Positions 10,326 through 19,873 of a stretch of DNA of 64,000 nt are shown here, piece after piece. The stretch's first letter is position 1. Each line of letters starts with the position of its first letter. Made by a program: the position numbers and the translations under genes. Location: positions 5,287 through 69,286 of the IMG/VR virus record IMGVR_UViG_3300010163_003545. The stretch is one strand, 5' to 3'. The DNA is from a virus. The notes under the pieces were generated by a model, which was not told the origin of the DNA, made no database searches, and saw only the letters and a list, made by a program, of their open reading frames with translations.

Positions 10326-10529
10326 TCAGTCACCAACCTCGTCGGGAGCGGGAGGAAGTGCCATGCCGTGCTTGAGTATGATCGAGATATTCTCAACTCC
10401 GTCCCAATCTCGCAGGACATCCATCAGGTTGTAGACATTGACATCCTCTTTCAATTCTTCCGTGATCGTCATGTCTTTCAAGTTAATCGTCGCGTGCTCG
10501 AACGTGGTAGAAACATTCTTCTTCGCCAT
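10326..10529 (-). CDS. hypothetical protein
   Basis: 67-aa ORF packed 2 nt after the upstream gene. No recognisable motif. Confidence 0.35.
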   Translation of the reverse strand: MAKKNVSTTFEHATINLKDMTITEELKEDVNVYNLMDVLRDWDGVENISIILKHGMALPPAPDEVGD

Positions 10530-10549
10530 TTGGAATCAGCCCTTTCTTC

Positions 10550-10735
10550 TCAATGTGTCTGCTTCTTATAGCTCGCTGGATTCTGCCGATAGCCCTCTAA
10601 AAATCTCAGCACAGCCGTTTCTTCGCTTACGTAATACCTATGACGGCAACTTTTCTGCCGGTTCACCCGTGTTACCACCGCCACAGGAATATGCTCACGA
10701 ATCCACGCGGCCTCTTCCTTGTTGACAACAACCAT
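10550..10735 (-). CDS. hypothetical small basic protein
   Basis: 61-aa ORF in operon context. Confidence 0.3.
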   Translation of the reverse strand: MVVVNKEEAAWIREHIPVAVVTRVNRQKSCRHRYYVSEETAVLRFLEGYRQNPASYKKQTH

Positions 10736-10800
10736 TGAATCATTCCTTTCAAATAGCGTGATATAGCGAGCATTTCTCCCTCTATATCATCTTTCAAAGC

Positions 10801-10850
10801 TAATAAAATAAAAAAAGAGCCGGAATCCCTTATAAATAAAGGGTTTCCGG
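10801..10850 (-). terminator. rho-independent terminator (hairpin plus T-tract on the minus strand)
   Basis: GCCGGAATCCCTT-ATAAAT-AAGGGTTTCCGGC hairpin. On the minus strand it is followed by TTTTTTTATTTTATT. Lies just downstream of the 10871..11680 gene. Confidence 0.6.
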
Positions 10851-10870
10851 CATTTCTCTATGTCGCTTTG

Positions 10871-11680
10871 TTAATTTACTTCATGCCGACATGCATTGCA
10901 AAATTTATGTTTCATGGGCCGATGGTTGCGGTTGGACACCCAAAAAGGTTCTCCGCACATTTCGCAAAATTCTTTGTGATCTCCGACACCATCAACACGC
11001 CTGGGAGAGCACAACTTACAGAATTTCTGTTTGTTTGAGTTTTTATAATACGCCGCTCCGCATTTCGGGCATATGCCTATACGCTTGCTACCCTTGTACC
11101 TTTCGTAATATAGCCCCGCGCAATCAAAGCCGTTCAACGTAACCTCAAAGGCGACCTCCCCGCCCTCTTTCAGACCCTCCATAAAGTGAAGCCACAGATT
11201 TCCACGAGGCATAAATTCTATTAACCCCTTCTCGTCTAGCCCGTGCATCACACCGTAGAAAATATCTACGGCCCTATCCATGTGTCCTTCTTTTTTGATG
11301 CGCTTAAAAGACTTCATGTTGCAAGGATAGCTCATATAACTCTTATACTGGCTATCAGGCTTACGACATGCATATGCGGCTCGATCAATTTTCTTCCTTA
11401 CGAGCAGCGTAACCATGGCCTTACGCTCATTTTCGTCTTCACTAAGTCTCTCGATTTCTTCAATTTCATCCTTGTATACCGTAACCGAATCCACCTCAAT
11501 AAGGTGATTATCTTTTTTGGCTGCGTATTTCAATGTTTCCTCAATCACCTTGTAATCCGCCCTTGGATGAAACGCAGGATAATACTTTTCACAAAATGAA
11601 GTAATAAATTCCCTGCGCTCCTTCACTCCCATCTTCTTTACATCCCGCAAATAAACAACGAGCAACTGCAATTCAAACAT
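10871..11680 (-). CDS. zinc-ribbon protein (multiple CxxC pairs at the C-terminus)
   Basis: C-terminus: GICPKCGAAYY…FCKLCSP…FCEMCGEP…FCNACRHE. The maximal ORF extends to 11761 and would then overlap the upstream gene by 59 nt. I chose the ATG at 11680, which has an AGGGTGG-like RBS. Confidence 0.4.
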   Translation of the reverse strand: MFELQLLVVYLRDVKKMGVKERREFITSFCEKYYPAFHPRADYKVIEETLKYAAKKDNHLIEVDSVTVYKDEIEEIERLSEDENERKAMVTLLVRKKIDRAAYACRKPDSQYKSYMSYPCNMKSFKRIKKEGHMDRAVDIFYGVMHGLDEKGLIEFMPRGNLWLHFMEGLKEGGEVAFEVTLNGFDCAGLYYERYKGSKRIGICPKCGAAYYKNSNKQKFCKLCSPRRVDGVGDHKEFCEMCGEPFWVSNRNHRPMKHKFCNACRHEVN

Positions 11681-11702
11681 ACACTTGCCACCCTGAAACC
11701 CG

Positions 11703-14540
11703 TTACAATATATTTTCCTCGCCAATGTCCTCTGCTGATACCTTTCCGTCATACTCCACATCTAACTCATCCACCTCCACCATTTTATAATCCTTCCCGA
11801 GGTATGTCGTATCTCCCGTTGTATCGTCGCACTCCTCAACCCAAACAAACGGCTCTCCTCTGTCGATCGTCTTTCTCGCCGCATTTTCGCAAAGGATTTT
11901 TCCGCACATAGACCAGAGAGCATCTTTGCAAACACTCGGATGTTGAACATAACTGTAATACACCAACGCATCCGCCACAACTTTCATAGACGGACAAATA
12001 AACTTTAGCTGCTGTTTTAGACTCGACATAAAACGGCACTTTTTCTCCCTTAGCGTCTCGCTATTGTCTGTCGCTAAAATCGAGTTTCCCATGTCCTTTT
12101 TATGCCGTTCAAAACATTTCACAATGTCGTTGTAATAATCTTCCCATTCATGCCCCTCTGACATATACTCAAACGGATCAAAATGCTCTGAAGTCCTTAC
12201 CTTAGCAGCTACTTTGAAGTTGATCTTTTCCAAGTACCGACAGAGCAAGTTCATAGGACTATCACTCTCGATAAGAGGAGAATAGTCATGATATTCCCAA
12301 AGCCATGCTTCCTGTTCTGGGGTACGGTTCTCCATCTCTTTGAGCTGCGTCACTGTTACCCCGAATTTAGAAAGGCACATGCTATTTTTCCGCGCATAAT
12401 AGTCGCGGTGTTTCTGCCTGTCTTCGCGATAGCGATACTTGAAAAAGTATGGACGACGATTTAAGAGGCAGGCGTTCAATAGTTCTTTCCGCTTGCGGAC
12501 TTCAAGAGTGTCACCATCCAAGTATTGCTGATGATCAATCCATGCCTTGGGAATGCACTTCACTGCTTGGCCTATTTTTGTCCGGTCGATCTGTTTTGAC
12601 TGTGCCACACAGCACTGCTTAAGTCGCGATTCTACGAGAGCGACCTGCTCACTGTCTTTGCCGTAGCGTTCTTCCAGCAAAGGCAGCAACGCGTAACCCG
12701 TCGTCCCCCTATTGGTGATGGCCCCAATCTTCGACCCAAACCCAAACTTGTCCGAAGCAAACAAGTCCTGCTGCGTAAAGAGCTTTTTCACTGGCTTTGG
12801 CGCGTCATACACCACAGGTAACTCGTCCTTGTAAACACAACGAATCATAGCCGCATTGTCAGTGGTAGCAATGATATCACCGTCCCAGTCACTACCAGAA
12901 TACCGCACGCAATCGTTGCCAAACCAGTTGACAATAAATCCGCTCGGGCAATGCTTGAACCATTTTTCTGTGTCATCGTTCTTTATCAGCTTTGCCAGAA
13001 CATGCTCGCTCCTATAAGTCATGGGAGACCGCATAGAGTCAACCAACGCAACGCCTCGCTCGTTCCAGTAGTTACAGTAATATTCCCCTTCATTCAGCAG
13101 CCCCGTTACAGGAAGCCCGCAGACATGCTGCATATAGGCGAACGGATCGCTTACAAGCATTTGAAAATTGCCATGCACCAACACTTCTCCCATGCGGCCA
13201 TTCTCTATCCGCCCATGGATTAGTTCCCGAATCTTTCCACGGATGTACGCATCATTAGCACAGTTGCGATTTACAAACAGCGCCTTAATCCACGCCTTAT
13301 CGGGAGCGTTCAATATCCGAAGAACACTTTGCTTATCCACATCTTTTCCCAGCAGGAACAACAGCATATATGTCGGATCTTTATAGCTTACACGCTCAAT
13401 CCAGTCTACAAAGTCTGCACACAGCTCTTCCACGTCCTCTTGCTTTAGATCAAGTGTCTGAATGAACTGATAGTTTAGACGTAACACGTCTTTGGGTTCT
13501 TTGGGCGAACAACCTGTAATTCCCCAATACAGCTTGTTCTTGTGTGTGTTCCCAACATACTGCTCTATACTTTCAAAACTATCCCATAGCTTAAACTGGG
13601 ATTCACTAATAATCATATCTATCTCACGCAGATCTGCCTTGATAGGCTGTCCTTCTGCATCAGTATATATTGTATCGATCAAGTAATTCCCACCATTCAT
13701 CTCCTCGCAAAAAGCATGGAAATCAAAGGTGCAGACCATCCCCTTCAAGAAGCTTTGTCTGACAATCCACTGGCCGGGGATATAATCCAACTCAAGCTCA
13801 GCAGCCCACTTGGCTGACTGTTCAGGCGATATGAGTCCCATCCCATCAGTACGATTCATGGGTACAGTTACTTCTCGCACATCTATTTCATCGTCCAATT
13901 CCCACGCAGTTTCCGTCGCGAAGTTCGCAAGGAACGTTGAAGTGTTCTCAAAGTCCTTGACTACGGCAAGTCTCGGCTCAGATACCTGCTTCGTCGCGCT
14001 GGTATACAGCCCATAATAGGCGTTAAACTTACTCGGTGCCAGTTTTTTGCTAATGTCTCGTCCGTTGTTAAGCCTTCGCTCCAACTCATCAACGATATCT
14101 GCCGCGCAAAAAACGACCGTGCTTATACGCGCTTGCCCAGCGGAACAACTCAGACGTACATATTTCTTATCGTTTATATAAAAGCCGTTCTCAAACATAT
14201 AATCGTAGTGAGATATGGCATCCATCTTTACGGTCACATAATCAGCCACAAACATTGTACGATTGATGCGCCGCTGAATTTCTTCTATCCGAGCCACATA
14301 TTCTGCCTGTACCCTATAGGGCGGCTTTTTGCGCCCAACCAGCCGTTGCCGCAGAATCTGACGCTCTTGGATCAACTTCTCCAGCTTTTTGTGGCATACT
14401 GTTCTTCCTCGTATGTCACGAATAGATCGTAGCACCTGACTATCACCAAGTGCTACGATCTCACCAAGATCTTTGGACTCTTCAAAAGTCGTTTTTATGT
14501 TATACCCCTGTGCTCGTAAACGTCCCGAGTCGAACTTCAT
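11703..14540 (-). CDS. putative YonO-like single-subunit two-barrel RNA polymerase (eukaryotic RdRP-like)
   Basis: 945 aa. Carries the motif YSGSDWDGDII, i.e. D-b-DGD, which is the catalytic signature of double-psi-beta-barrel RNAPs and the QDE-1/YonO family. Lies upstream, on the same strand, of the late/structural operon, as yonO does in SPbeta. Confidence 0.45.
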   Translation of the reverse strand: MKFDSGRLRAQGYNIKTTFEESKDLGEIVALGDSQVLRSIRDIRGRTVCHKKLEKLIQERQILRQRLVGRKKPPYRVQAEYVARIEEIQRRINRTMFVADYVTVKMDAISHYDYMFENGFYINDKKYVRLSCSAGQARISTVVFCAADIVDELERRLNNGRDISKKLAPSKFNAYYGLYTSATKQVSEPRLAVVKDFENTSTFLANFATETAWELDDEIDVREVTVPMNRTDGMGLISPEQSAKWAAELELDYIPGQWIVRQSFLKGMVCTFDFHAFCEEMNGGNYLIDTIYTDAEGQPIKADLREIDMIISESQFKLWDSFESIEQYVGNTHKNKLYWGITGCSPKEPKDVLRLNYQFIQTLDLKQEDVEELCADFVDWIERVSYKDPTYMLLFLLGKDVDKQSVLRILNAPDKAWIKALFVNRNCANDAYIRGKIRELIHGRIENGRMGEVLVHGNFQMLVSDPFAYMQHVCGLPVTGLLNEGEYYCNYWNERGVALVDSMRSPMTYRSEHVLAKLIKNDDTEKWFKHCPSGFIVNWFGNDCVRYSGSDWDGDIIATTDNAAMIRCVYKDELPVVYDAPKPVKKLFTQQDLFASDKFGFGSKIGAITNRGTTGYALLPLLEERYGKDSEQVALVESRLKQCCVAQSKQIDRTKIGQAVKCIPKAWIDHQQYLDGDTLEVRKRKELLNACLLNRRPYFFKYRYREDRQKHRDYYARKNSMCLSKFGVTVTQLKEMENRTPEQEAWLWEYHDYSPLIESDSPMNLLCRYLEKINFKVAAKVRTSEHFDPFEYMSEGHEWEDYYNDIVKCFERHKKDMGNSILATDNSETLREKKCRFMSSLKQQLKFICPSMKVVADALVYYSYVQHPSVCKDALWSMCGKILCENAARKTIDRGEPFVWVEECDDTTGDTTYLGKDYKMVEVDELDVEYDGKVSAEDIGEENIL

Positions 14541-14570
14541 CGTATAGAATTGCCGATTTACGATAGGGCC

Positions 14571-14777
14571 TCACTCCTTTGCCCAAGTGCTCTCTAGAAT
14601 TTTTACGGCTTCGCCGCCAACCCTCGAGCTTAACTCTTCACGAATCGCCAATGAATCAAGCTCATGCACATATATTTTGCGCCCCAAAACAGCTTCAGCA
14701 TACTTGTGAAATTCATCAAAGGGCGCAAGCAGACAATACGTAAACGCTGTCAAAACAAGTGCCTCATGCTTCGTCAC
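14571..14777 (-). CDS. hypothetical protein
   Basis: 68-aa ORF in a tight operon. Confidence 0.35.
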   Translation of the reverse strand: MTKHEALVLTAFTYCLLAPFDEFHKYAEAVLGRKIYVHELDSLAIREELSSRVGGEAVKILESTWAKE

Positions 14778-15018
14778 CCGTGCTATCTCTCCCCTCTTCT
14801 AGATATGTCTCATATGCCTCTTGCGTACACAGGCATTGCCAATCACTCTCACCCGCTACTCCAAGCGTATCCGCGTATGTCTCGCACCATTCCGGCTGAG
14901 ATATACGTCCAAACTTACAGGCAGGGCAGTATGGCATCTCTGGCATGATACAAACATTCATCATCATTCCTCCGTTACTGGTGTTGTGTGCTCCTTCGTT
15001 TAGCTCATTCCCGCTCAT
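14764..15018 (-). CDS. hypothetical Cys-rich protein
   Basis: 84 aa with CPAC … C…C pattern. Confidence 0.35.
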   Translation of the reverse strand: MSGNELNEGAHNTSNGGMMMNVCIMPEMPYCPACKFGRISQPEWCETYADTLGVAGESDWQCLCTQEAYETYLEEGRDSTGDEA

Positions 15019-15099
15019 ATACGAAGACCACCAACAGTATTATTATTGCCATTGTAATTACACCACCAGCAAAACCAATCGTAACGCCATCTGTATAGC

Positions 15100-15414
15100 T
15101 CATTGTCCCTTGCGCACCTCCAACTCTTTTCGCACATCATTCAAAAAGTTCATCCACACAGGCACATCAATTCGTGGATTTCCAAGTGCCTCCTCATGCC
15201 CTAAACACATGCGAGCACCTTCTTCGATATCACGCTTCATGCACTCCAATGACTGTTGGCTCAGATAAGGCAGCCAAGGTCGTACCTCATCTGTCACAAG
15301 ACTGGGCATATACGTTTGCCTCCCAATGCAATAGCGTATAGCACAGCTCACTATCGCGCCAAAGTTGGCACTTGAAATATCTATCACGGGTTTTTCCTGT
15401 ATCATCTTCCGCAT
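15100..15414 (-). CDS. hypothetical phage protein
   Basis: 104-aa ORF. A CAAGT-CA-ACTTG palindrome lies in its upstream region. Confidence 0.4.
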   Translation of the reverse strand: MRKMIQEKPVIDISSANFGAIVSCAIRYCIGRQTYMPSLVTDEVRPWLPYLSQQSLECMKRDIEEGARMCLGHEEALGNPRIDVPVWMNFLNDVRKELEVRKGQ

Positions 15415-15490
15415 CCCCTATCCTACGTGCCGGGGGGTGCTTCACACCCCCGAGCACATTTCTCTCCAAAAGCCAATGATTTGTGCGTTG

Positions 15491-15508
15491 AAAATCACAT
15501 AATTATTT
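15491..15508. promoter_or_regulatory. operator-like palindrome TTGCAAGTCAACTTGCCA (CAAGT-NN-ACTTG family)
   Basis: Inverted repeat with 6-bp arms. Same core and 2-nt spacer as the palindromes at 20954..21030. Located upstream of the 15100..15414 gene. Confidence 0.4.
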
Positions 15509-15530
15509 GCAAGTCAACTTGCCAATAGGT

Positions 15531-15902
15531 TTACACGGCCTCTGGCTCCTTTTGAGAGTTGCGCCAAGCTTTCATGCGCTCAGCGCATGCAGCACGCTGC
15601 TCATCACTCATGTTCACGCTCCTGGGCTTAGCGATTTTAATCCAGCTTGCGGGTACTTCGACCTCCATTCCATAGCGATCCTCATGCACAAGGTGAAGAA
15701 CCGATTCGTTCTCCGTCAGCAGCGTGCGAATTTTGCGGATCATAACTGGATCGCTACTATAAATGCGAGCCCTTTTGGTGTAGGGCGTAATGTTAATACC
15801 CGTTTCGCGCTCCTCTGGCGCAACGCTGACTTTCTCAATAGGCGTATAGCTCATTTGCTCATCTCCCATACTTCTTTTTTCTGGTATGCCCCTTTGGCGC
15901 AC
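15531..15902 (-). CDS. hypothetical protein
   Basis: 123-aa ORF. Confidence 0.4.
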   Translation of the reverse strand: MRQRGIPEKRSMGDEQMSYTPIEKVSVAPEERETGINITPYTKRARIYSSDPVMIRKIRTLLTENESVLHLVHEDRYGMEVEVPASWIKIAKPRSVNMSDEQRAACAERMKAWRNSQKEPEAV

Positions 15903-16138
15903 TGTGGATAACCGACCTCTTTGATTTCGACTTCATCATCCATTACTTCCCCAAATGCCGCCCCGCAAACCGGACAGCGGTAGTCTGCCCACGCGAGTTC
16001 GGATGCGTATGAGAAGGGACGCTCCCTCATACCCCGCGCATCGTCAACATCAAACTTTTTGCTGCACTCCGGGCATGTCACATAAGCATGCCTTATGGGA
16101 GTGTCCTCAAATTCCGCCTCAATCAAAATCTTTCTCAT
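15851..16138 (-). CDS. zinc-ribbon protein
   Basis: CPEC…CPVC motif pair. 95 aa. Confidence 0.4.
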   Translation of the reverse strand: MRKILIEAEFEDTPIRHAYVTCPECSKKFDVDDARGMRERPFSYASELAWADYRCPVCGAAFGEVMDDEVEIKEVGYPQCAKGAYQKKEVWEMSK

Positions 16139-16563
16139 TAAGCTGGCCTCCCGGAATTATTATCATCATCGTCATCATACGTAATCTTCTCAGCTTGCAC
16201 ACTTGGATTCACTGTCAGCGACGCCACCGCAAGCGTTTTCTCCAGAGCGGCGACTAGAAATACCAGGAACGTGGCGAAGGGTGCCCATTGTGTCTGCCAC
16301 AGCCACGCGAAAGCGGCATAAATACACAGGAACAATTGCACCCATGCCAAGCCCATGTAAATTTTTTCAACGATCCATGTGATAAGAAGCTGTTTTGCCA
16401 GCTCCTCATCACTCGGCCCGTCCGGGCCGCCATCCCTTGTGTTCATATTCTGGTCGTTATAGTCAACATTGTTTTCTTCGTTGTTCCACTCGAAGTTTTT
16501 CATACTCCACCTCCGTTTCCTGTGGTTCTCGCTCAGTCGTATTCTTTCAGATAGTTCCACCAA
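16138..16563 (-). CDS. small membrane protein
   Basis: Two hydrophobic helices (LAWVQLFLCIYAAFAWLW and ATFLVFLVAAL). 141 aa. Confidence 0.4.
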   Translation of the reverse strand: MVELSERIRLSENHRKRRWSMKNFEWNNEENNVDYNDQNMNTRDGGPDGPSDEELAKQLLITWIVEKIYMGLAWVQLFLCIYAAFAWLWQTQWAPFATFLVFLVAALEKTLAVASLTVNPSVQAEKITYDDDDDNNSGRPA

Positions 16564-16730
16564 TCTCTGAGAAAAGCTTGTTTGTCCCGTCTAAGGATTC
16601 TTCCGTCCAAGGGTATCTCTTCTCGTCCGCTGTCAATGTAATCCTCGCACCGTACAACCGTATCATCGTCGGCATCAACGCATGTTTCGTACCACTGGCA
16701 GCTCTTACACCTCATTTCTTTTGAAGCCAT
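16533..16730 (-). CDS. small Cys-rich protein
   Basis: 65 aa with CKSCQ…C…C pattern. Confidence 0.3.
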   Translation of the reverse strand: MASKEMRCKSCQWYETCVDADDDTVVRCEDYIDSGREEIPLDGRILRRDKQAFLRDWWNYLKEYD

Positions 16731-16771
16731 TGTTTATCCACCACCTAGTCTCATTTGTTGTATGTCAAGTG

Positions 16772-17647
16772 CTACACCTGAAAGTCGGTCACGCCCAGGG
16801 CATCCGTAATGGAATGGTCAAGAATAGAAGACCCATGACCCTTCCTGGCGGCTACAAACTGTTTCTTTTTGACGCCCTTTTCTATCTGCGCCTTGCGGAC
16901 AACATCCACAAGACGTGGGTCTCTGGAAGATGCGTAACAGTTAATTCCATAAACATCTTCCCCCACTTTTCTCCCGCTCAGTTTGCATACCAGCCTTGCT
17001 TGCTCCATGGCGTTTGTCATACCTATAATCGTTTTATCGCTCAGCCCCACTGCCTCACGAAGTTGGCTTTGCGGCAGCATCCCATACATTCCTAGATAAC
17101 ACTTATTGTCATCATAACAGGTTTTCATATTGCGGCGTACCAATAAATAAACCCGCAAATACTCATTAAATTTACTGCCTTTGCTGGATTTCCCAAGCTT
17201 TATTAACTCTAGAATTTGATCGAGACTTAGCAAAACAAACGGTGCATATTTTTTCAAATATTCCTTTCTCTCCCCTTTGAGAAGTGGCCGATCTGTTTTC
17301 ACAATCTCTAAGTCCAGCTTATACCCCAGGCGCACCCCGGGCCGTGCCATACCAAAACCATCGCAGATACACCCAATTTCACGCAGAACATCTGGGAGTC
17401 TCTCGTAGGCTGTCGTTTTAGCCGACTGAGGGCCATAGCCCAGGTAACTCATCAATTCATTCCTGGATATCATGCTTGGGTCGTGCGATGTAAGCTGATG
17501 ATACGCCAGCGCCACCTTAACCGCAGTCTTAAAGCTTTGGGCTTCATCACATTTCTGCTGGCTGTCCCACGGCATGTCTTCTCGTTCGACCATCACGCTT
17601 TTCACAGGTAAATCACTTCCTTGGCTTACCTCAAAATAGAGTTTCAT
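16772..17647 (-). CDS. hypothetical protein (possible winged-helix or replication-associated)
   Basis: 291-aa ORF with good coding character. No diagnostic motif. Confidence 0.45.
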   Translation of the reverse strand: MKLYFEVSQGSDLPVKSVMVEREDMPWDSQQKCDEAQSFKTAVKVALAYHQLTSHDPSMISRNELMSYLGYGPQSAKTTAYERLPDVLREIGCICDGFGMARPGVRLGYKLDLEIVKTDRPLLKGERKEYLKKYAPFVLLSLDQILELIKLGKSSKGSKFNEYLRVYLLVRRNMKTCYDDNKCYLGMYGMLPQSQLREAVGLSDKTIIGMTNAMEQARLVCKLSGRKVGEDVYGINCYASSRDPRLVDVVRKAQIEKGVKKKQFVAARKGHGSSILDHSITDALGVTDFQV

Positions 17648-18000
17648 TGGGTTGCCTCCTTTTTTTCATTTTTCAGAAAACCCTTATAAATCAACGTCTC
17701 TTCGGTCGAAGCGCTTTTTCAACCTTTCACAAAGAGCCGTTCATAAAAATTGGGATGGATTCCACTACCAACTTTGAAATCCTCCCCGTTTACATCGGGA
17801 TAGCCTCCAAACTCTATAAAGGCATGTTCCCTTTGGGGGATATTTTCAGTAATTCGCCCTCCTTCGGAGTGCTCAGGTGGCCAGCGGAGCTGGCCACTAA
17901 TGGGTCGGAACCCATTTTTCGGTCGCTACGCTCCCTCACCTTCAGCAATAAGAGAATAAGGAAAAGGAGAACGATTGAGATACCCATGACCAACCACCTC

Positions 18001-18588
18001 TCAGTAGCCACAAGCACGATAAGGGGTAAAGGTGTTATAAAAAAGCCGAGGTCTGAGGATCATGGTGCGTTTGATATACTCATCACCACCACAACGCTTA
18101 CAGCATACCGGGAGATGAACATCTCGTTTCTGGAACTCCATTACCGTGCTGTACTCCAATCCAAAGGTCTGACCACATACGGGACAAACCCTTTTCACCC
18201 AAACACCGCTGATTGTGGAGGATGCGCAATGCTCCATGGCATCTTTGAACTCACTCATGGAGTGGATGGGAGCAAAAGCGTTGAAGTCATATTCGCTTCT
18301 TGGCAGGTTCAACAACCGGTTGACAATCGCCCAGCAGAGATCATTGTGTTCACTCACACCCAATCCATCTGTCAGACCATCCTTTTCCCGAGCCATCCGA
18401 TCCAAAGCATCAGACAGCATGTTGAACCGCACCCACATTCCCTGGGTGCGCATCATATCAGTCACCTTGATGGTAGGAACCTCATCCCGAAAGCACTCGC
18501 GCAGCTCATTGGAAATGTCTAAGGCTCCTGACAAACTAAGTACCTCTGTGTCCCGAGAAGGCTTTGGCATTGATTGACTTCTTAGCAT
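18001..18588 (-). CDS. zinc-ribbon protein
   Basis: C-terminal CPVCG…CCKRCGG pattern. 195 aa. Confidence 0.4.
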   Translation of the reverse strand: MLRSQSMPKPSRDTEVLSLSGALDISNELRECFRDEVPTIKVTDMMRTQGMWVRFNMLSDALDRMAREKDGLTDGLGVSEHNDLCWAIVNRLLNLPRSEYDFNAFAPIHSMSEFKDAMEHCASSTISGVWVKRVCPVCGQTFGLEYSTVMEFQKRDVHLPVCCKRCGGDEYIKRTMILRPRLFYNTFTPYRACGY

Positions 18589-18736
18589 TTAGATCACCTC
18601 TGTTTGGATAAAAGCGTTTTCTTTGCATTTGCATTATTTTAATTGTTGCGTGTAAAAAAATATAGATATACCCTAGTGTTCAGAGTTTAAGTGATTCTAA
18701 GTATTTTATGAAGTTTTCAAGCTACACGGGGAGCGG

Positions 18737-19873
18737 CTACCTCACTGCTATTCTGCCAAACGAGTCTGCAACCGTGGTAGAGTTGGCGGCATTGGGGCGT
18801 ATCTCGCTCAGAGTCCCAGTTCTTCGTGGAGCAAGGCATTTTCTGGCCTTGCCGGACGAGGCGCTCCCGAATGGGAGGATGTTGGCTCGTAGGAGGATAT
18901 CGGATGGGAAGGGGATAACGTTACTGGTTTTCTTCATCCAGTTGTTATCGCTCACCCAATGGCTACCACCTTCAGCACTCACCTGGTAGGCGCTACTTTC
19001 AGCATTCTCCCGGTGATCGTTGCTTTCAGTCATGTCCCTTGCTTCAACATGGCTAGTGTTCACACCATCATAGTCCACCAGCCCCAGCTCAACCAGCTCT
19101 TCATCCCCAACCACAGGTGCAGCAGCGGCTTCGCAAGCATCCACCTTCATATCATCATCCAGGCCAATGTAGCGAATGGTTTCCGCTATATCAGAGTGGT
19201 TCAGCAGGACACGGATCAAATCAAGGTTCTGAGTGGCCTTGAACAACCTGTACCCAAAAGTCTTGCGAAGACTGTGAGTCCCGATGTTTTTCTGGATACC
19301 AACAGCCTTGGCAGCAGCCTTGATCACACAGCACATCTGGTCATTGCTCACATAGTCCTCTCCAGTGATCTGAGACCTGAAGATGAACTCGCCAGGGATG
19401 GGCGTGATGCCGGTCATCTTTAGGTACTGGCGGACAGCAGCTCTCGCGGTAACGTTGCAGTAGAGGTTGAAGATCTTGCGGGTCTTCTCCTCTCTGATAA
19501 AGGCGACATTCTCTTCAAGGAAGTCCCCCTTCGCGTCAAGAATATCTCCCCACTTCAGCTTGGCAAGGTCACCACCACGCCGACCAAGGGAAATCCCGAG
19601 CACGAAGTAGAGATAGTTGCGGGGACGAAGCGCGATACGACCGTGAGTCAGCAGGTAACGCTGGATCGCGAGAATTTCGTCTTCCTGCTTAATCGGGTAC
19701 ACTTTGGTCGCTTTACGAGCAACGGGTCGCACTCCCTGCTTTCGCAAGTCACGATTTTTCTCATAATTTTCGCGCTGGTACTTGCGGCGTTCTTCGCGGT
19801 AAGCTTCCTTCATCGGTCGTGTCCTCCTCTTGGTGAACGTGACCCGGCGTTCTGGGTCGTTTCTTTTTGACAA
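18737..19873 (-). CDS. tyrosine site-specific recombinase (compact FimB/Xer-like catalytic core plus ~130-aa low-complexity C-terminal extension)
   Basis: Box I GRRGGDLAKLKWGDI, box II HSLRKTFG, LLNHS…TIRYIG with the catalytic Tyr. The N-terminal arm-binding region is short. The tail after the Tyr is unusually long. Confidence 0.7.
   Translation of the reverse strand: MSKRNDPERRVTFTKRRTRPMKEAYREERRKYQRENYEKNRDLRKQGVRPVARKATKVYPIKQEDEILAIQRYLLTHGRIALRPRNYLYFVLGISLGRRGGDLAKLKWGDILDAKGDFLEENVAFIREEKTRKIFNLYCNVTARAAVRQYLKMTGITPIPGEFIFRSQITGEDYVSNDQMCCVIKAAAKAVGIQKNIGTHSLRKTFGYRLFKATQNLDLIRVLLNHSDIAETIRYIGLDDDMKVDACEAAAAPVVGDEELVELGLVDYDGVNTSHVEARDMTESNDHRENAESSAYQVSAEGGSHWVSDNNWMKKTSNVIPFPSDILLRANILPFGSASSGKARKCLAPRRTGTLSEIRPNAANSTTVADSFGRIAVR

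Noticed and set aside
17647-18522. 291-aa plus-strand ORF
   Set aside because: Antisense to the minus-strand zinc-ribbon gene and to the 16772..17647 gene. No RBS. Junk-like translation.
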